Assembly: GCF_964355755.1 (NCBI RefSeq)
Contig: NC_092673.1
Coordinates: 434,001-498,000, forward strand
Length of the DNA stretch: 64,000 nucleotides
Direction: 5' to 3'
DNA from: Antedon mediterranea
Lineage: Eukaryota > Animalia > Echinodermata
Shown: piece by piece, positions 12,881 to 26,532 of the stretch
How positions within the stretch are numbered: the first letter of the stretch is position 1
Layout of the letters: each line of letters opens with the position of its first letter
Translations under genes and position numbers: made by a program
The notes under the pieces: model-generated
The model's input: only the letters and a program-made list of their open reading frames with translations
The model's database searches: none
Told to the model about the DNA's origin: nothing

Positions 12881-12999
12881 CTTGGGTCTATTTTGCTGTT
12901 TCCATGGCGGGCAGATGCAACTCCTCCACGGGGTGACTGCTTGCTGCCGTGAGGAGGTAAGCGACGATCGCCTACCGCCGTGGATCGTGGTGTCAGCAT
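12881..12999 (-). CDS. AHR: AhR-like bHLH-PAS transcription factor, candidate coding exon 1 (MLTPRSTAVGDRRLPPHGSKQSPRGGVASARHGNSKIDP-)
   Basis: GC-rich open frame from ATG 12999 ending in a strong donor AG|GTAAGC at 12880. It is 119 nt, and phase 2 fits the bHLH exon. The exon has no recognisable homology on its own. Confidence 0.7.
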
Positions 13000-15098
13000 G
13001 TTCAATATGTTATTAGACGCAAATATATTTTCCGATAGTTGTTTTTAGTGATCGTGCTAATTTGATCAATATCTATGCTCTTCAGGGTACAGATCAGAAT
13101 ATTAGCTCATCACACATCCAGAGTCTAACTATAGGACTGTATCAACAATACGACAAGAGCTATTATTGGTTAAACGACGACGTGCGAGCGAACGACGGGA
13201 GACGATCAAACAATATTTCTATTTTTAAAAACGATTCATTTTAGAAGTTTAACGTTTGAAAGAGATATTCCGTGAATGAATTAAAGTCAAAGAGAGGAAC
13301 CGATAGTTTGGTCAGCATATTTCTGATTTAAATTTATTTATTCAATCAGATTTTGAAATTACCATATCTATAGCACTATCAAACAATGTGAAGATCGTAG
13401 GATATTTTGGAACCGCCCAGGTAAAAATGGAAAAGTGATTGACGTGCGCGGTGGAAGTGTCGATTATTGAGACGGGGATAAGTGGTACAAATAATTTGCT
13501 TTATTTAATGTAGCCTTAAATTTAAGTTGAAAGCAACATCTATCTTCAACAACTATTAAAAGAATTCTTTTTTACAGCAAGTCTTTTTCGTACTAGGCCT
13601 AGACATACCTTAAACTATATTAGATCTAAGCTATGATGCACGCTGTGCTGATTATGCCTACCACCTATCTTACGACGACAGGACTGTTCGCATCCTTAAG
13701 TAAAGTACTAAATATTGTTTAAACGACTTTTTCGTACCCCACAATGGTACAGTCGACACATCGAATATAATTAGGCTAAAATGTACGTTACCGTAACACT
13801 GTTATTTCTTTATTTGTCAAGTCATTTTTTTATTTAAGTCATTTGGGACCAGAATCGTGGAATCGTCATCAGTAGGCTACCACCTGTATATTCTTGCATT
13901 CAAATAACCAATGTCATGTGACTGAATATTGACCAATACGATATTACTTCCACGATGACCTAAACTAAAGGAGGACTTTATAGTTTGATTTCTTTAATTA
14001 ACATACCTAAGATATCAGGGATCAGATCCTGCATTGTGTGTAGAGGGGAGCATTTCGGGAACTTTTTAAAAACTCATCTGTTTTGGTGTACATCAAATAA
14101 TTTGTCGATATATGTGATCCATCAAAAGTTAATTATTTAATAACATGATACTTTGAAGGTATGCTTAGGAGAAATACCGGCACAAATATTGTGGGTCTAA
14201 ATGACTTCAATAACATTCGATGTCCTTCCATCGGAAAATCATAATATATCATTATTAGTTTCATACACAAAATAGGCATAATTGCATTTTTATACCTATC
14301 TATCATTTTTTTATTTAACACTGATGAGAAGTCTTTTCCTTCGCATTAAAAAAAGCCAAACCTGTTTTTCAATACTGTTGTACGAATGCATTTCGTGTGG
14401 ATACCATAAAGGCAATTCAAAATGGTTTGGAAAAAGTAAAATTATACTTTTATCGAAAATACTGAATACACAAAGCATATCTGGTTCGTTGTTGTCAGTG
14501 ACAACACGTGGAGAATTAACAGAAAATTAGCTTAACTATATACACAAATATTGACGATAACAAAGATAAATTCGTTTGCAAAAAAAATAGAACACACAAA
14601 ATGTGTATTTCATTGTGTAGTTCTCTCAGTCGGCGCGACATAGAACGTGCTGTAAAAAATGCGGCAAATAGGATTATCTTTGAAACTGTGAAACAAATAT
14701 ATCAAAATCAATTAGCGAATTTATCTCTTTGCACTTGTAGACAAATGGTTCTACAAGTTTATTTTAATATTTAGACAGATAATTACGGCACTTGAATACA
14801 TCAAATGAGAGATTAATTAATTATAAATATGAATACGTGATCTGTATTACTGTGTAGGCCTGTGTGAGTGATAATGATAAAAACAGGATGAGGTATATAT
14901 TCATTCAATTGATTATTATTATAAAACAAATAGACCACTTTAGTATGTATACAGATTTAGGGGCCAGGTTTAGGTCTGTTGAACTGGCAGGTGTTTAGGA
15001 TGGCACTGTCCTACATCAAGATAAAAACATCGAAAATGCCCACCAGCAAATATACAGGGCAACAATACACAAATTATTATCAAATGATATCCGACTAA

Positions 15099-15254
15099 AG
15101 CTCTGTCTACACTATCAAATTTATGTGACAAAAAATGTGATGTGCCCATATGAACATGATGATGTTATACCACTACCATATTTGGCACATAACCACCATA
15201 TTTAGGCACATCACACTTTTTTTGTCAAACTAGTTTAATAGTGTAAACAGAGCT
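15099..15254. mobile_element. PIF/Harbinger-type MITE, family A copy
   Basis: TIRs AGCTCTGTCTACACTAT / ATAGTGTAAACAGAGCT with a TAA target-site duplication. Confidence 0.85.
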
Positions 15255-17788
15255 TAAGAAAATATTAGCGTCATTTTTGTTCAGAATTCGAAGTAAATTG
15301 TGATAATAGGTTATAGGGCGAGTCGTGGACTTTGTTCGCATAGTTACAAAATCGGCACGATTGCAACGATGCAAGTCATGCAGACACAGGCGTGGTGTCC
15401 ACACCAGTATCCAGGGGGTAGTAATACAACGATAATAATTAGTCAGTCCTAATATTTTATTTGTGATTTAATTATGACACAATAACGATACCGGAAGCTA
15501 TTGCAGCAGTTATGTATACCGTATCTCAATTAGATTTCAATTATTCAATCAATCAATCAATCAAAATAAGCCTACGTGATACTAGGGTCGTAATTTATGA
15601 TCATTAAGAATAAAGTCAATATGTATTAAGGTGCTATCATTTGACATATAAATTGATTTCAGATATCATTATAAAAAAATGGCCTTACTCGTCTTCCTAT
15701 TGTTTAATAAGGTAACCCTATTAGTTAAACTTGTTTTACTCCACAAAACTAAAAATATTGTTGTCCTGATTGTTTGTAATGTAAGACAGGACCAGAATGC
15801 AAAACAGATTTTCTTTTACCTGATTGTGTAATCCTGTATAAATTTATTAAATAAAATAAGCAAATAACAAGGAGAATTCGTATATGATGAGGGAAGGGAC
15901 CGGGTATTGAACATTGATTGTTATTTCTAAATGTAAACGCTGTTAGTTTTACGTGTGAACTACATTGATCATTTTGTTCGTGTGAACCATCTGTAAGTAG
16001 ACGGCTGTTGGGCCTACAGCATTATTTGTCTGTTCACACCGTGATGGTCAGCGTATTCCCGCCAAGTGTTGGGTCAACATTCGAACAGATTGCAGCCATG
16101 GTCAGTTAAACTATATCATAGTTAATTATACGAATCCTATTTGACATTTAAATAAGGCAATTAGGACGGCCCTTAAGTTAACACGACAACATATGCCGTA
16201 GATGTTATATTTGGCTTATGCAAGAAATGTGGCATGGGCGTCATGGATAGTGCGTTTACGAAACTTAGAGCGTGGCGATATCATGAGTGTGCGTTTGCTA
16301 GGGAAGGGGAGGGGTAAGTTTACCTTGCGTACGCCACTCATGTGTGTGTATTCTACTCTCTAAAAATTACACGACCACTCTTCATCTAGATACAGCCAAA
16401 TCGGTTTATGCATCGGTTTACTTTTTCGCAACTTTGTTGACAAGGAACCTTCCCTCTTTTTGCAAAAAAATGAACGCCGCGCGCAATTGTAACTCCGGAG
16501 TATTACCATTAAGAATTCAACAAACTTTTTTTGTATCACATGTATAACTTAAGCCGCCGAATCGAAGTGTTTACTGAAGTGAAACTGTAAATTTAAACTG
16601 CAAGGCACAATTCATTGTGTTTTCAGTTTGGAAATAGACAGTTCCTAAAAAGTCATGGCGAACAGAGAGCTAGACAAAAACTGATGTGTACAGAGCAAAG
16701 ATTGTCTTGAGTCTAAAACAAACTACCGGCAACGGTATAATAACAAAGGCGTTGAAAAGAAAGGGAGAGGAGTAAGTTAGCAAAACAAGTTTTGGATAAA
16801 CTTGCAATGTTGAAAGAGGTTAAACACTAAGAGCAGCGGGAAGCTTTGATGTTCTGGTGTTTGGTAGAAAACATTCGGTGTTAGGTGGAGACGGTGTATG
16901 TACATAATGACTAATGTCTTCCTAGTTCACAAAATAACAATTGTATGTGTAAAGGGCATTTCACAGCCAAGTTCAGATTAGTGACCATAGTATTTTAAGC
17001 TAGGTTCACACGCAACGCAACGACGAAGGCGCTACGCAAGTGAGTTGACCAATCACAATCGACAGTTTTTAAGTTATCCATCGCGTCGTGTTTGGTCAAA
17101 ATACAAGCTTAAAGAGCAAAAATAATTATTAATAGAATTATAACACGAAACATTTTGTTTAAATGTGCTTAAAAGAAAATGTTTAAATAAACAAAACCCA
17201 TGGAATTTCACTTCTTTGGGTTCGCTCTTCGGATCGAACGTGATGTTTGCTTCTTTTTATAAATATTGATTCTTAAAATGTGATGTCAACAAAATTCAAG
17301 GTTGTGCATGTTACCGTGCTGCGGAACCAATATGAGTAGGTAGTGATATTAATATCATAAAATAATAATAAAGCAAACTCATTTATTTATGGCAGGTATT
17401 AAATGAGGTATCAAACGCTGGGATATATAGACCACAAGTTACAAATGAAATACACGTTTAAATCATTACGTTAATAGTAAGTAGTTTGATAACAATGGTT
17501 ATAATATAATAGCCCGGAGTAAAACACAGAGAGTACACACGGTATTAATGTGTGGGTGGGTGCGGGTGCGCATGCGTGTGTACTTGGATTGTGCCGAGTG
17601 CAAAAAGTGGTGTAAAAAGTGCTGAATTTTTACAAACAATAGTGTGTAAACCACTAACTATTTTACACCTCATGCTCAAATTCTCCAATTTGTCGAGCTA
17701 TTTCTTGGACGGTCATCCAAAGATAAATTAATTAGGTTCCTGCAAAAACAATGATATAAACAGAGTACTGAGTTACAAACAAACCAAA

Positions 17789-18092
17789 AGGTTTAGTTCC
17801 CACTAGCGACGCAATACAAGGACGTAGACGCAACGCAAGATAATTGACCAATGGCAAGCGACAGTTCGAATACTTCATCGCTTGTGATTGGCCACATTAC
17901 ATGCGCCCGCTAACGTTCTTGCGTTGCGTAAAAGTTGGAAATCCATGCGTGAATCCCACTAGAGACGCAACACAACAACGTAACCAATCACAAGCGATGG
18001 CTTATTTTAACTGTCGCTTGTCATTGGTCAATTCGCTTGCGTCGCGTCTACGTCCTTACGTTGCGCGTCCTAGTGGCCTGGGAGCTAAGCTT
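17789..18092. mobile_element. Fold-back MITE, family B (related partial copy at about 16998-17098)
   Basis: About 75-bp imperfect inverted arms (CCACTAG.GACGCAA...AAGGACGTAGACGC.ACGCAAG...AATTGACCAATG.CAAGCGACAGTT) with internal sub-repeats; CpG-rich. Confidence 0.75.
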
Positions 18093-18342
18093 AAATGAGT
18101 TACAAACACAATGAACCAGCCATTAACGATGTACACAACTATTTATTATCAAAACAGTTGATGAAAAAAAAAGTTTCTCGAAACTAATATATAAATACAA
18201 AATATATCGCAGATTTTTCTTGCTATTTACACATTTCAAATAGTAATTTGTAATCATTATTTATACACACAAAAATATATAAATCACGGGCGATCGTCAA
18301 AATCCACGACATTTTTTTAGAGGGTAAATAACAGTATAAGAA

Positions 18343-18632
18343 TAACAACTTGTTATTATGAGGCGTACAAATTAAATATTAAGTTGGACAATAAACTGTT
18401 TAGACCTAATGAATACACAGACCTATAAGGCAGGTCTAACAACTTCTTGTTATTATGAGGCGTACCAATTCAATATTAAGTTGGACAATAAACTGTTTAG
18501 ACCTAATGAATACACAGACCTATAAGGCAGGTCTAACAACTTCTTGTTATTATGAGGCGTACCAATTCAATATTAAGTTGGACAATAAACTGTTTAGACC
18601 TAATGAATACACAGACCTATAAGGTAGGTCTA
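18343..18632. repeat. 97-bp tandem repeat x3
   Basis: GTTATTATGAGGCG recurs at 18352, 18449 and 18546. Confidence 0.95.
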
Positions 18633-19994
18633 CCGATATTTTCGACGATATCGTCACATTATTATTATCGGTCTTTTTTATTTCCGAATCCCGTCAGATA
18701 AATTCTCCATCTTAATATAATTTATTTTCAGAGGTGACAAAGGCAATGGATTTTTGTCGAGGCACAACACAATTATCTCAATTTTGATATTTCCATAATC
18801 AGGATGAGTTTGTAAATTGAGGGCAGTATACCATATTCCACCTCCTTATTTGATTTTATTAAATTTTAAAAATATATATTTTTTTAATGCAAGGCCCTCT
18901 TAAAAGTATTAAAAAACTATTATACATCATATTCATTAATCTCCTGATTTTTTATCTTCAATAATCATCTATCGGCTATTATACATATTACAATAACATT
19001 ATAGATGTTGTTTACCATTGGTAAATCGCATAATGCTATAGTTTGATTGCTTTAACATCAATCAAACAATTAGTCTGTTTTCGAGTTGTAACAATCCTGA
19101 TGTAAATTACAATTAAATAAACAACACAACATGATTTCAACGACAAAAAAAAAAGAGTTTCTCCAAAAACGACGAGAAACCAAAAAAACTAATCCAATCA
19201 CTAAAATGATAATTCTCGATAAAAACAACAAATTATTAACAAAAATCACTATCTTACTTTCTTGGTTATTGCACTGAAAAACAGTATTCTAATTTCACAA
19301 TTTGAATACAGTTAATTAATTACTAATTAAAAAATAAGACTTGATTGATTTTATCGTCTATATATCTAATATCACTTATTTCAGTTGGTGATAAAGGTTA
19401 CACCGCAAATCATTTATAAAAAAAAAGAAATTTACCAATTAATTTCTAGAATATAAATCTGTTTTAGCTTCAATTCACATTTCTTTGAGGTGTCATCAAT
19501 GACATGCTAATTAGCTCTAATAAATTCATTAAAAAATGCCTTAATGTAAAAAAGTAAAAATGGTAATTCTCCTCCCTTCCCCAGCAATTTGCATTAAACC
19601 TGCCGTTTGCCTAATTATCACATTAAGGCACGGTTTCATCTTCAACAGTACACATTTTCTTTATAACACTTTTATGGAATTTACATAAATTTACATTATA
19701 GAATATACATGATAACAGTGTCAATGTCATTTGTTCTCTACGCCTACTAAAAAAAAAATCATAATAAATTAATAAATATTATTTTTTAAATATTAAATGC
19801 CAATCAATAATCCGTCAGTCAATCAATAGCTACAGCTGTAGAGGGCGCATTATCAGTTATTTGTTACAAATCATATAAATTTATTTTTCTCAAACTGTAC
19901 AACTATCTTACAATTTAGTCTCAGCTTAAAGCCTGACACCCGTTCAACTTTTCTACAAATTTATTTCAAAAACGATAAAAATCTTGATAGATGA

Positions 19995-20104
19995 TCAATG
20001 ACTTTTCTCTTTCTTTATTTTCTTTTCACTTTTTTGATCCTTTTCTTTCTTTAATTTCTTATTATCTCGCGTTTTCTCCTTGTTTGTATGCCTAGGAACA
20101 ATAT
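19995..20104 (-). CDS. Secreted protein exon 10, Lys/Glu-rich tail and stop (NIVPRHTNKEKTRDNKKLKKEKDQKSEKKIKKEKSH*)
   Basis: Strong polypyrimidine acceptor at 20105, open to TGA at 19997-19995. Minus-strand AATAAA at 19960-65 and 19880-85. Confidence 0.82.
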
Positions 20105-20363
20105 CTGAAAAAAGAAAGAAATTACGTACTGATGAAACCAGATGATGAGAGAATTACTGAATGTTAAGGAATCATGTTTGCTGCCCTCTAGAATAGTTTA
20201 AAGTTTATATTTTGGACTTGATGTTAAAAAAAAGAAAATATTTAATAATAATATCCTGGATTTAAAGCACCTAATGTTGTGAAACCTCTAATTGCTGTAC
20301 ATATTATTACCCTGTAATTACTTGTTTAATTTAATTTGTAAGAAATGTAAAATGGTTACTTAC

Positions 20364-20456
20364 TATGTTGACAAAAGCGACCTTTTGTGTTTGCTGGGCA
20401 CAAACATTTTCCACTATCGCATCTGCCGCCATTCTTGCATGGCTTTTTACAAGTTG
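20364..20456 (-). CDS. Secreted protein exon 9, EGF-like repeat 2 (STCKKPCKNGGRCDSGKCLCPANTKGRFCQH)
   Basis: Six-Cys EGF pattern. Acceptor TTTTTAG and donor GTAAGT; 93 nt, phase 1-1. Confidence 0.9.
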
Positions 20457-20685
20457 CTAAAAAGAAAAACAAATTCAGCAATTAATAATTTGTTCACATA
20501 ATTTCATGTAAAAACACAATCATTATTTAACTATCATAGTCTTGCTTATTTTTACAATTGTATTAAATATTTTATTATACGAAAATATTTAAAAATTTAA
20601 TAGGTAAAAACGTTATGTTTTAGCTCTTTTCTTATATATATATTTTATGTATAATTATGGGTAAATAATATTTAGCAATACTTAC

Positions 20686-20787
20686 ATATTTGACAACGAG
20701 CTCCTTTATAGCCTTCTTTACATTTACATCGATTGCCTTCCATACATTTCCCATCATTCTCACAAGTGGGAGAGCATGTTGGTTTAT
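20686..20787 (-). CDS. Secreted protein exon 8, EGF-like repeat 1 (DKPTCSPTCENDGKCMEGNRCKCKEGYKGARCQI)
   Basis: Six-Cys EGF pattern. Acceptor TTTTATAG and donor GTAAGT; 102 nt, phase 1-1. Absent from the ORF track. Confidence 0.9.
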
Positions 20788-22694
20788 CTATAAAAAAAAG
20801 ACAAACAACATTGAAAATTAAAATACAAATATTCACTTATGAAATGTCTCTCCGACACATGAAAATAACCAAATATTTATACCAAGTTAAACTTTAAATA
20901 AAATTGCTCATTTTCAAGTTTAAATTAATGACAGTCTTTAGTATAGGGGGTGTGTTTATTTGAAACTAAGTCTGTATCCCTTTGATAGAGTTGTAATGTA
21001 GGACACTCCATGGCCTTACAAACAAGACAAATCATAATCTTTCAACAACAGACGTTTTTTTTTACATAGTAGCACGCCTATCAGTAACAATAACGCAGGG
21101 ACAGACTACAAACAGACACACTGCAGCTTTCCCAAACTTCCATAGGGAAAACGACGTCAATTTTACGAAACAAACCAAAAATGTAAAATCATCATCAAGA
21201 TTTAGGCTTCTTTTGGTTAAATCACCTTGTTTTTAAATACTTAAACAAAGTTAACGTTAAATTAAAGTTAACCAAACTGTTATTTGTTGTTGATCATTAT
21301 CATTGATCACTCATTAAAAAGTGTTTATCAAATGATCTGTTTTTGTCGATGAGGGATCTCTGCAGTTACAAAAACAAAATGTGTTTCACAACTTTTACTT
21401 GTTACCTTAATAATTATTATAATTGATTATTGTAAAGAGAATTCATTAAAGTATTTTATTAAATATTAAGTATTCTATTAAACTTTTTCACAACATACTA
21501 TATTGTATTTACTATCCTTTTTGAAGAATAATTTTGATTAAAATCTGAGTATTTCTGGACAAAATAAGGTTCCTTTTTAAGTTAAGTGAGTTTTTAATCC
21601 AAGATTCAATGGAGACCTGAACCTGTCACTTTTGAATGGCCGGTTGTTCAACCACTTCATAACCCCTTTACCAGTTTTAAAATTTTGATTAAACCACTTT
21701 AACAATGAAATACCTCACAGTTGTCGTGGACTTTAAAAAGTCACTAGTCATGCTTTTTTGTCGATTGGCAAGTGAATTTGTTGAGGTCACAAGAAGTGTA
21801 GCAAACGAAGGGACAATTAACAACTAATGAATAAAGGTATAGAGCCAGGAAATCCTTAAAGCTGTCAACTTCTTTGCGTATTCCTGCAACATCATCGCCG
21901 CAGGTTTGCAATGCGTGGTATGCGTACCATGTGTGTACTTAATGATTACGTGTACATAAAGAATTATAATCTTTAGCGTATGGGTATGTTTATGAACATT
22001 CTTTGTACACATTATACAACTAAGCACGTTTACTGTACAAACTTAATTCACATAAGTAAATACTACCGTATATATTATATTATATCACTATATATAACCC
22101 AAAAGGATAGTAATCATGTACTTATCCAATGTGATATTTATCTTTTAATATCCCAAATTATAAAATAATCATGTCTTACTAATAAAATATAGGTTTACAG
22201 TAATAAGATTAAGATTATATTAAAAAAGTGTTTAAATCACAATCAAAAATATTAATTTAAAAAAAATTGTTTTACTTTTAAATACCAAAGTGCTAAATAA
22301 TATAATTATATGTTACTTTATTTATTACAAAGATGTTTTATCTACATTTTGAAATGTTTAGAAGTTAAAATAGTTTAAAGTTGTAACATAAACACAAATA
22401 TTTTGGTGTTTTCTTACAAAATTTTTCTTATGTTATAATGAAATAAATGGCTGTAGTTGTTATTCTGATTTTGTTCACTAGCATTACAAATCCTCTAGGT
22501 GTTAGAGTCTAGACGAGAAGGAAACTTTACAATTTAAATCACGAAGACAAGAACTAATTGACAACAAAAAAATGCATTTCCAAAAATAACTTCTTGAAAG
22601 AGTTTACCAGCCACAAACTTATAATCTAGCAACAAAATATGTAAAGTTTTTGCTTTTGGTAACAAATAAATATTTTAAAATTGTAATTATTGTA

Positions 22695-23047
22695 TCTATA
22701 TATAAATTTACGTAAGGGCAAAATTCGGTAAATCGCGCGTTATTTCTAGAATGTTTACTCGATGGTATATAAAGTTGGTTCGTACTTTCGGTACTGATTT
22801 TAACCGCCTGATGTAACCCTGTTTACTAATTAAATTGAGTTCGATAATTAGTTATTGACGATTAAAACGAATTTAGGTTCAACGATTTGCCCCAAATAGG
22901 GGTGTTTTCCGATCGTGGTATACACTGTCTAATGGATGTCCATCTTGAAAAATACCCGCCACAAAAATTCGAGGAGGCTTCGCATTTTCCTATCTCCTCC
23001 TACGATAATTGTTTTTAATAGCTGAAAACCGGTTGAACAGCTCGAGT
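22695..23047 (+). mobile_element. Possible decayed non-autonomous Helitron-like element
   Basis: A|TCTATATATAAA start, CpG-rich interior, and a 3' end ACCGGTTGAACAGCTCGAG|T that only loosely resembles a CTRR terminus. Confidence 0.3.
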
Positions 23048-23465
23048 ACAGTATCATAATGTTGAAGACAGGCCGATTTTCTTTAAAAAATACTATTTTG
23101 ATAGATTTAATATACGTTTATGCAAATGTATTGATTTGAAATGAATGGAACATTCCAATCTCTGTTCCACAAGTGTCTATTCCCTCAGGCGTCGTAAAGG
23201 CAAGTACTGTATACCATGGAGGTCCATGTGTATACTCATAACAGAAATTCGATCCATTTTTTTTTCAATCTGTGCTGCAGAGGTTGGATATAGATTTTTT
23301 TTAACGGATAATGAGCTAGCGTTTTCAGTCGCCGTATATTATGTACAAATCTTTATTATTGCAGTTAAACCACCCACGTGACATCATCACCCTTCCCTCA
23401 CTGGCATGAGTAGCGTTGTAAAGCCAGTAGAGGATAGGCCTACGGTGCATCACATGCCCTAAACT

Positions 23466-23727
23466 TCATTCATCTGGATGTGCACACTGTCCTCTTTGAT
23501 CACTACATTGAAGTTCATTCATCATCATTTATGTGCACACTGTCCTCTTTGATCACTACATTGAAGTTCATTCATCATCATTTATGTGCACACTGTCCTC
23601 TTTGATCACTACATTGAAGTTCATTCATCATCATTTATGTGCACACTGTCCTCTTTGATCACTACATTGAAGTTCATTCATCTGGATGTGCACACTGTCC
23701 TCTTTGATCACTACATTGAAGTTCATC
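23466..23727. repeat. 49/53-bp minisatellite x5
   Basis: GTGCACACTGTCCTCTTTGATCACTACATTGAAG recurs at 23480, 23533, 23586, 23639 and 23688. Confidence 0.95.
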
Positions 23728-24805
23728 ATTTTTTTTAAACTGTAACACCATTAGTGGAGAATGATAGAAAGATAGGAGCTAAAGCTATATTCTATCAGTC
23801 ACATGAATTAACCTCAACAGACTATTTATATTCAATAATTTATTATATTAAATTATTTAGTAATAAAAATATTGTGCTTTGTGCCAAAAGTATATAATTG
23901 ATAAATTTTAAATAATCACATGTGAATTCCTGTGCCTAAAAATTGTCTAAAACTTTCAAACTTGATACGTTTTGACGGCTGGAACCAGAGTGCTTCAAAT
24001 CAACTATTACACAGCTAACACTTTAACAGTGACTTTTTCTTAATAATGCTTGTCGAAATGTATTACTGTTGATCTTTCAGTCAGACAGATGTTGCTAGTG
24101 ATAAGGTGTCATACGCAGTACCTGACCCACACTCTCCCCCAAGACTGGGGAAGGGGTAATACTAAGTTTCTCAAAGGATTAATAAATTAACGGACGAAGA
24201 ATTAAGGAAGGCAAAAAATAGAAATTGGTGAATTTAGATGTGTCTGGAAATTAGTGGTTGAAACAATGTGGTAAGGAGGTAGATATGACTGTTACAAAAA
24301 GTTGAAGGCTACTTAAGTCACATTTTATTAGGCCGAACATTAAACAATCCCTCTGCTTCTGTCTCTGCTTTTACTTCAGAAAGAAGAGATTACTATTTGC
24401 AACATGCTTTAAAATAAAACTGCATTGTTGAATCCAGCAAAACAGTTGAGGTACCAATGTCCCTGCATGTGAAAAATAAACTAACGTGACTAACTAGTTC
24501 CTAGAGGTCCTCAATATCAAAAGATTCTTAATAATATGAATACTTATGGACCATTTAAATTGGTGAAGAGGTCAAGTAAGGTCAATTAAAATGACTGGGG
24601 TAAATCCTAAATTAGTAATCAATACAACTGTCAGTACTTTCTTGCATTACTCACTCTTACAAGGTGAGACATTTACTGGGCCAAATATCAAATCTGTACG
24701 CATTTTTTCTGTTCTGAATGCAAATAACAAACATTATAACATTTTAAATGTCATTGTGAAATCAGTCATCATCTTCTATTTGGCTCTATTGTATGCTATA
24801 ATGAT

Positions 24806-24876
24806 CATCTACAGCAGGTAACTATACATCATCTACAACAGGTAACTATACATCATCTACAGCAGGTAACTATACA
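24806..24876. repeat. 24-bp tandem repeat x3 (CATCTACAGCAGGTAACTATACAT)
   Basis: Direct copies. Confidence 0.9.
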
Positions 24877-26361
24877 CTTTTGTTAAACTTACTGAATGAT
24901 CTCATAAAACAATTTTCTATTTTAATATTATCAAAAATAATTGATACAACTTTCAAGTATGAAATCAATCAACCAACAAATTGTAAATCACATTTTTACA
25001 ATCGTTTGTGTCTTAGCTTCCGGACTTTTTCACAACTTACAGAAAGATCTAATTGTTTTAAATCTATGTCAAGTAATTAATGCAGAATAAAAGATAACAA
25101 GTAATTTCACAAGAATATCAAAATCGCTATATTTATATGATTACTCATTGACTGATGATTAACTATCTGACTCACAAAAACTATAAATAAAATAAGTTTA
25201 ATGCAAACATTTTGTCACTATGATTCCTGACTTTGAAGTATTATGCTGTAAAATAATTACTATTTTTAGGTTTTTATTTCCAGAATTAGTAAAACCTTTG
25301 AAAATTTCAGGTAGAAATAACCAAGTTAAGGTTGTCAAGATGAAGTATTAATAAATTCATTAAGAACTAAGGTTATTATATTGCACATTTATTATAAAAA
25401 GAAATATACAGTGTATAGAATATAAAAAATTACACTTATACAAAGTATCAACTATTTATACAGCATACTATCCAAATCAATAATTGAATAAAAACTGTTT
25501 TCCAATCAAAAAAAAAATTACCCTTGTATCCCAGCATACGATACAGTGCAGTAAAAAATTAATTAGAGAAAGTGAATCCAGACTTGTGTGTTTAACACCC
25601 CCACCCTGTCTTGGCAGCAATCAGGGATGTTAACACAGAAAAGGGAAGTAGAAACACCGTAAGGAAGACAGGAAGAACATTAATAAGTTAAGAATAATTA
25701 ATAAGTGGCGTAGAAATCTAAAGATTCACACTAAACTATTTCCTGATATATCTTGTAGAAATGAGATTATGTATTTAGGTCACAAATAAATGACATTTGA
25801 ATAGACAACAAGGCCCTAGGGACCACACCCTACGACCTTGCCCTAAAATATGATTTTTATTTTTATTTGTAATCACTGAATGAATTTAAATTGAATTTTA
25901 TTACTACTTATCCAGGATGATGAAATTAACGCATATTCGGACTCGGAGAATTGTAGATAAATCAAATAAAGAATAAGCTTCCGTGGGATTGCAAATTAAT
26001 TAATTGGATTTAATAAAAACTTGCATTGCTAAACATCCAGTAAGCCTTAAGGCAGTACAAATGGACAAAAAGATTACAAGTGAAAAACTTTGAACCAATA
26101 ATGTAGGTTATGAGCAATTTGAGGTATTTTAAGTTAAAATTTGTAAACTTGTCAAAAACCTTAGTCATGATCCGATATAAAACAAAGGATTATCAATATC
26201 ATTGATTTGGAAACCTATAAACTAGTAATATTGCTAAAGGCCTGTTCACACACAAAAAAGTCAGTTATGTTCTACACCCTTTTATTCAAAAGAGAATATT
26301 GCGGTAATTTTTCCTTTTCTGTGTGAATGGGACTTCAGTGAAAGGTGAAAATTGAATGAAC

Positions 26362-26513
26362 AGCTCTGTCTACACTATCAAACTATTTAAAAGTGTGATA
26401 TGCGTAGATATGGTAATGAAATGCCCAAATATGGTAGTGATGACATCATGTGCATACTGTATGGGCACATCACATTTTTTTGTCACATACAGTTTGATAG
26501 TGTAGACAGAGCT
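26362..26513. mobile_element. PIF/Harbinger-type MITE, family A copy (opposite internal orientation)
   Basis: Perfect TIR AGCTCTGTCTACACTATCAAACT / AGTTTGATAGTGTAGACAGAGCT; ends about 18 bp from the exon 7 donor. Confidence 0.85.
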
Positions 26514-26532
26514 TACAGAATAATACACTTAC

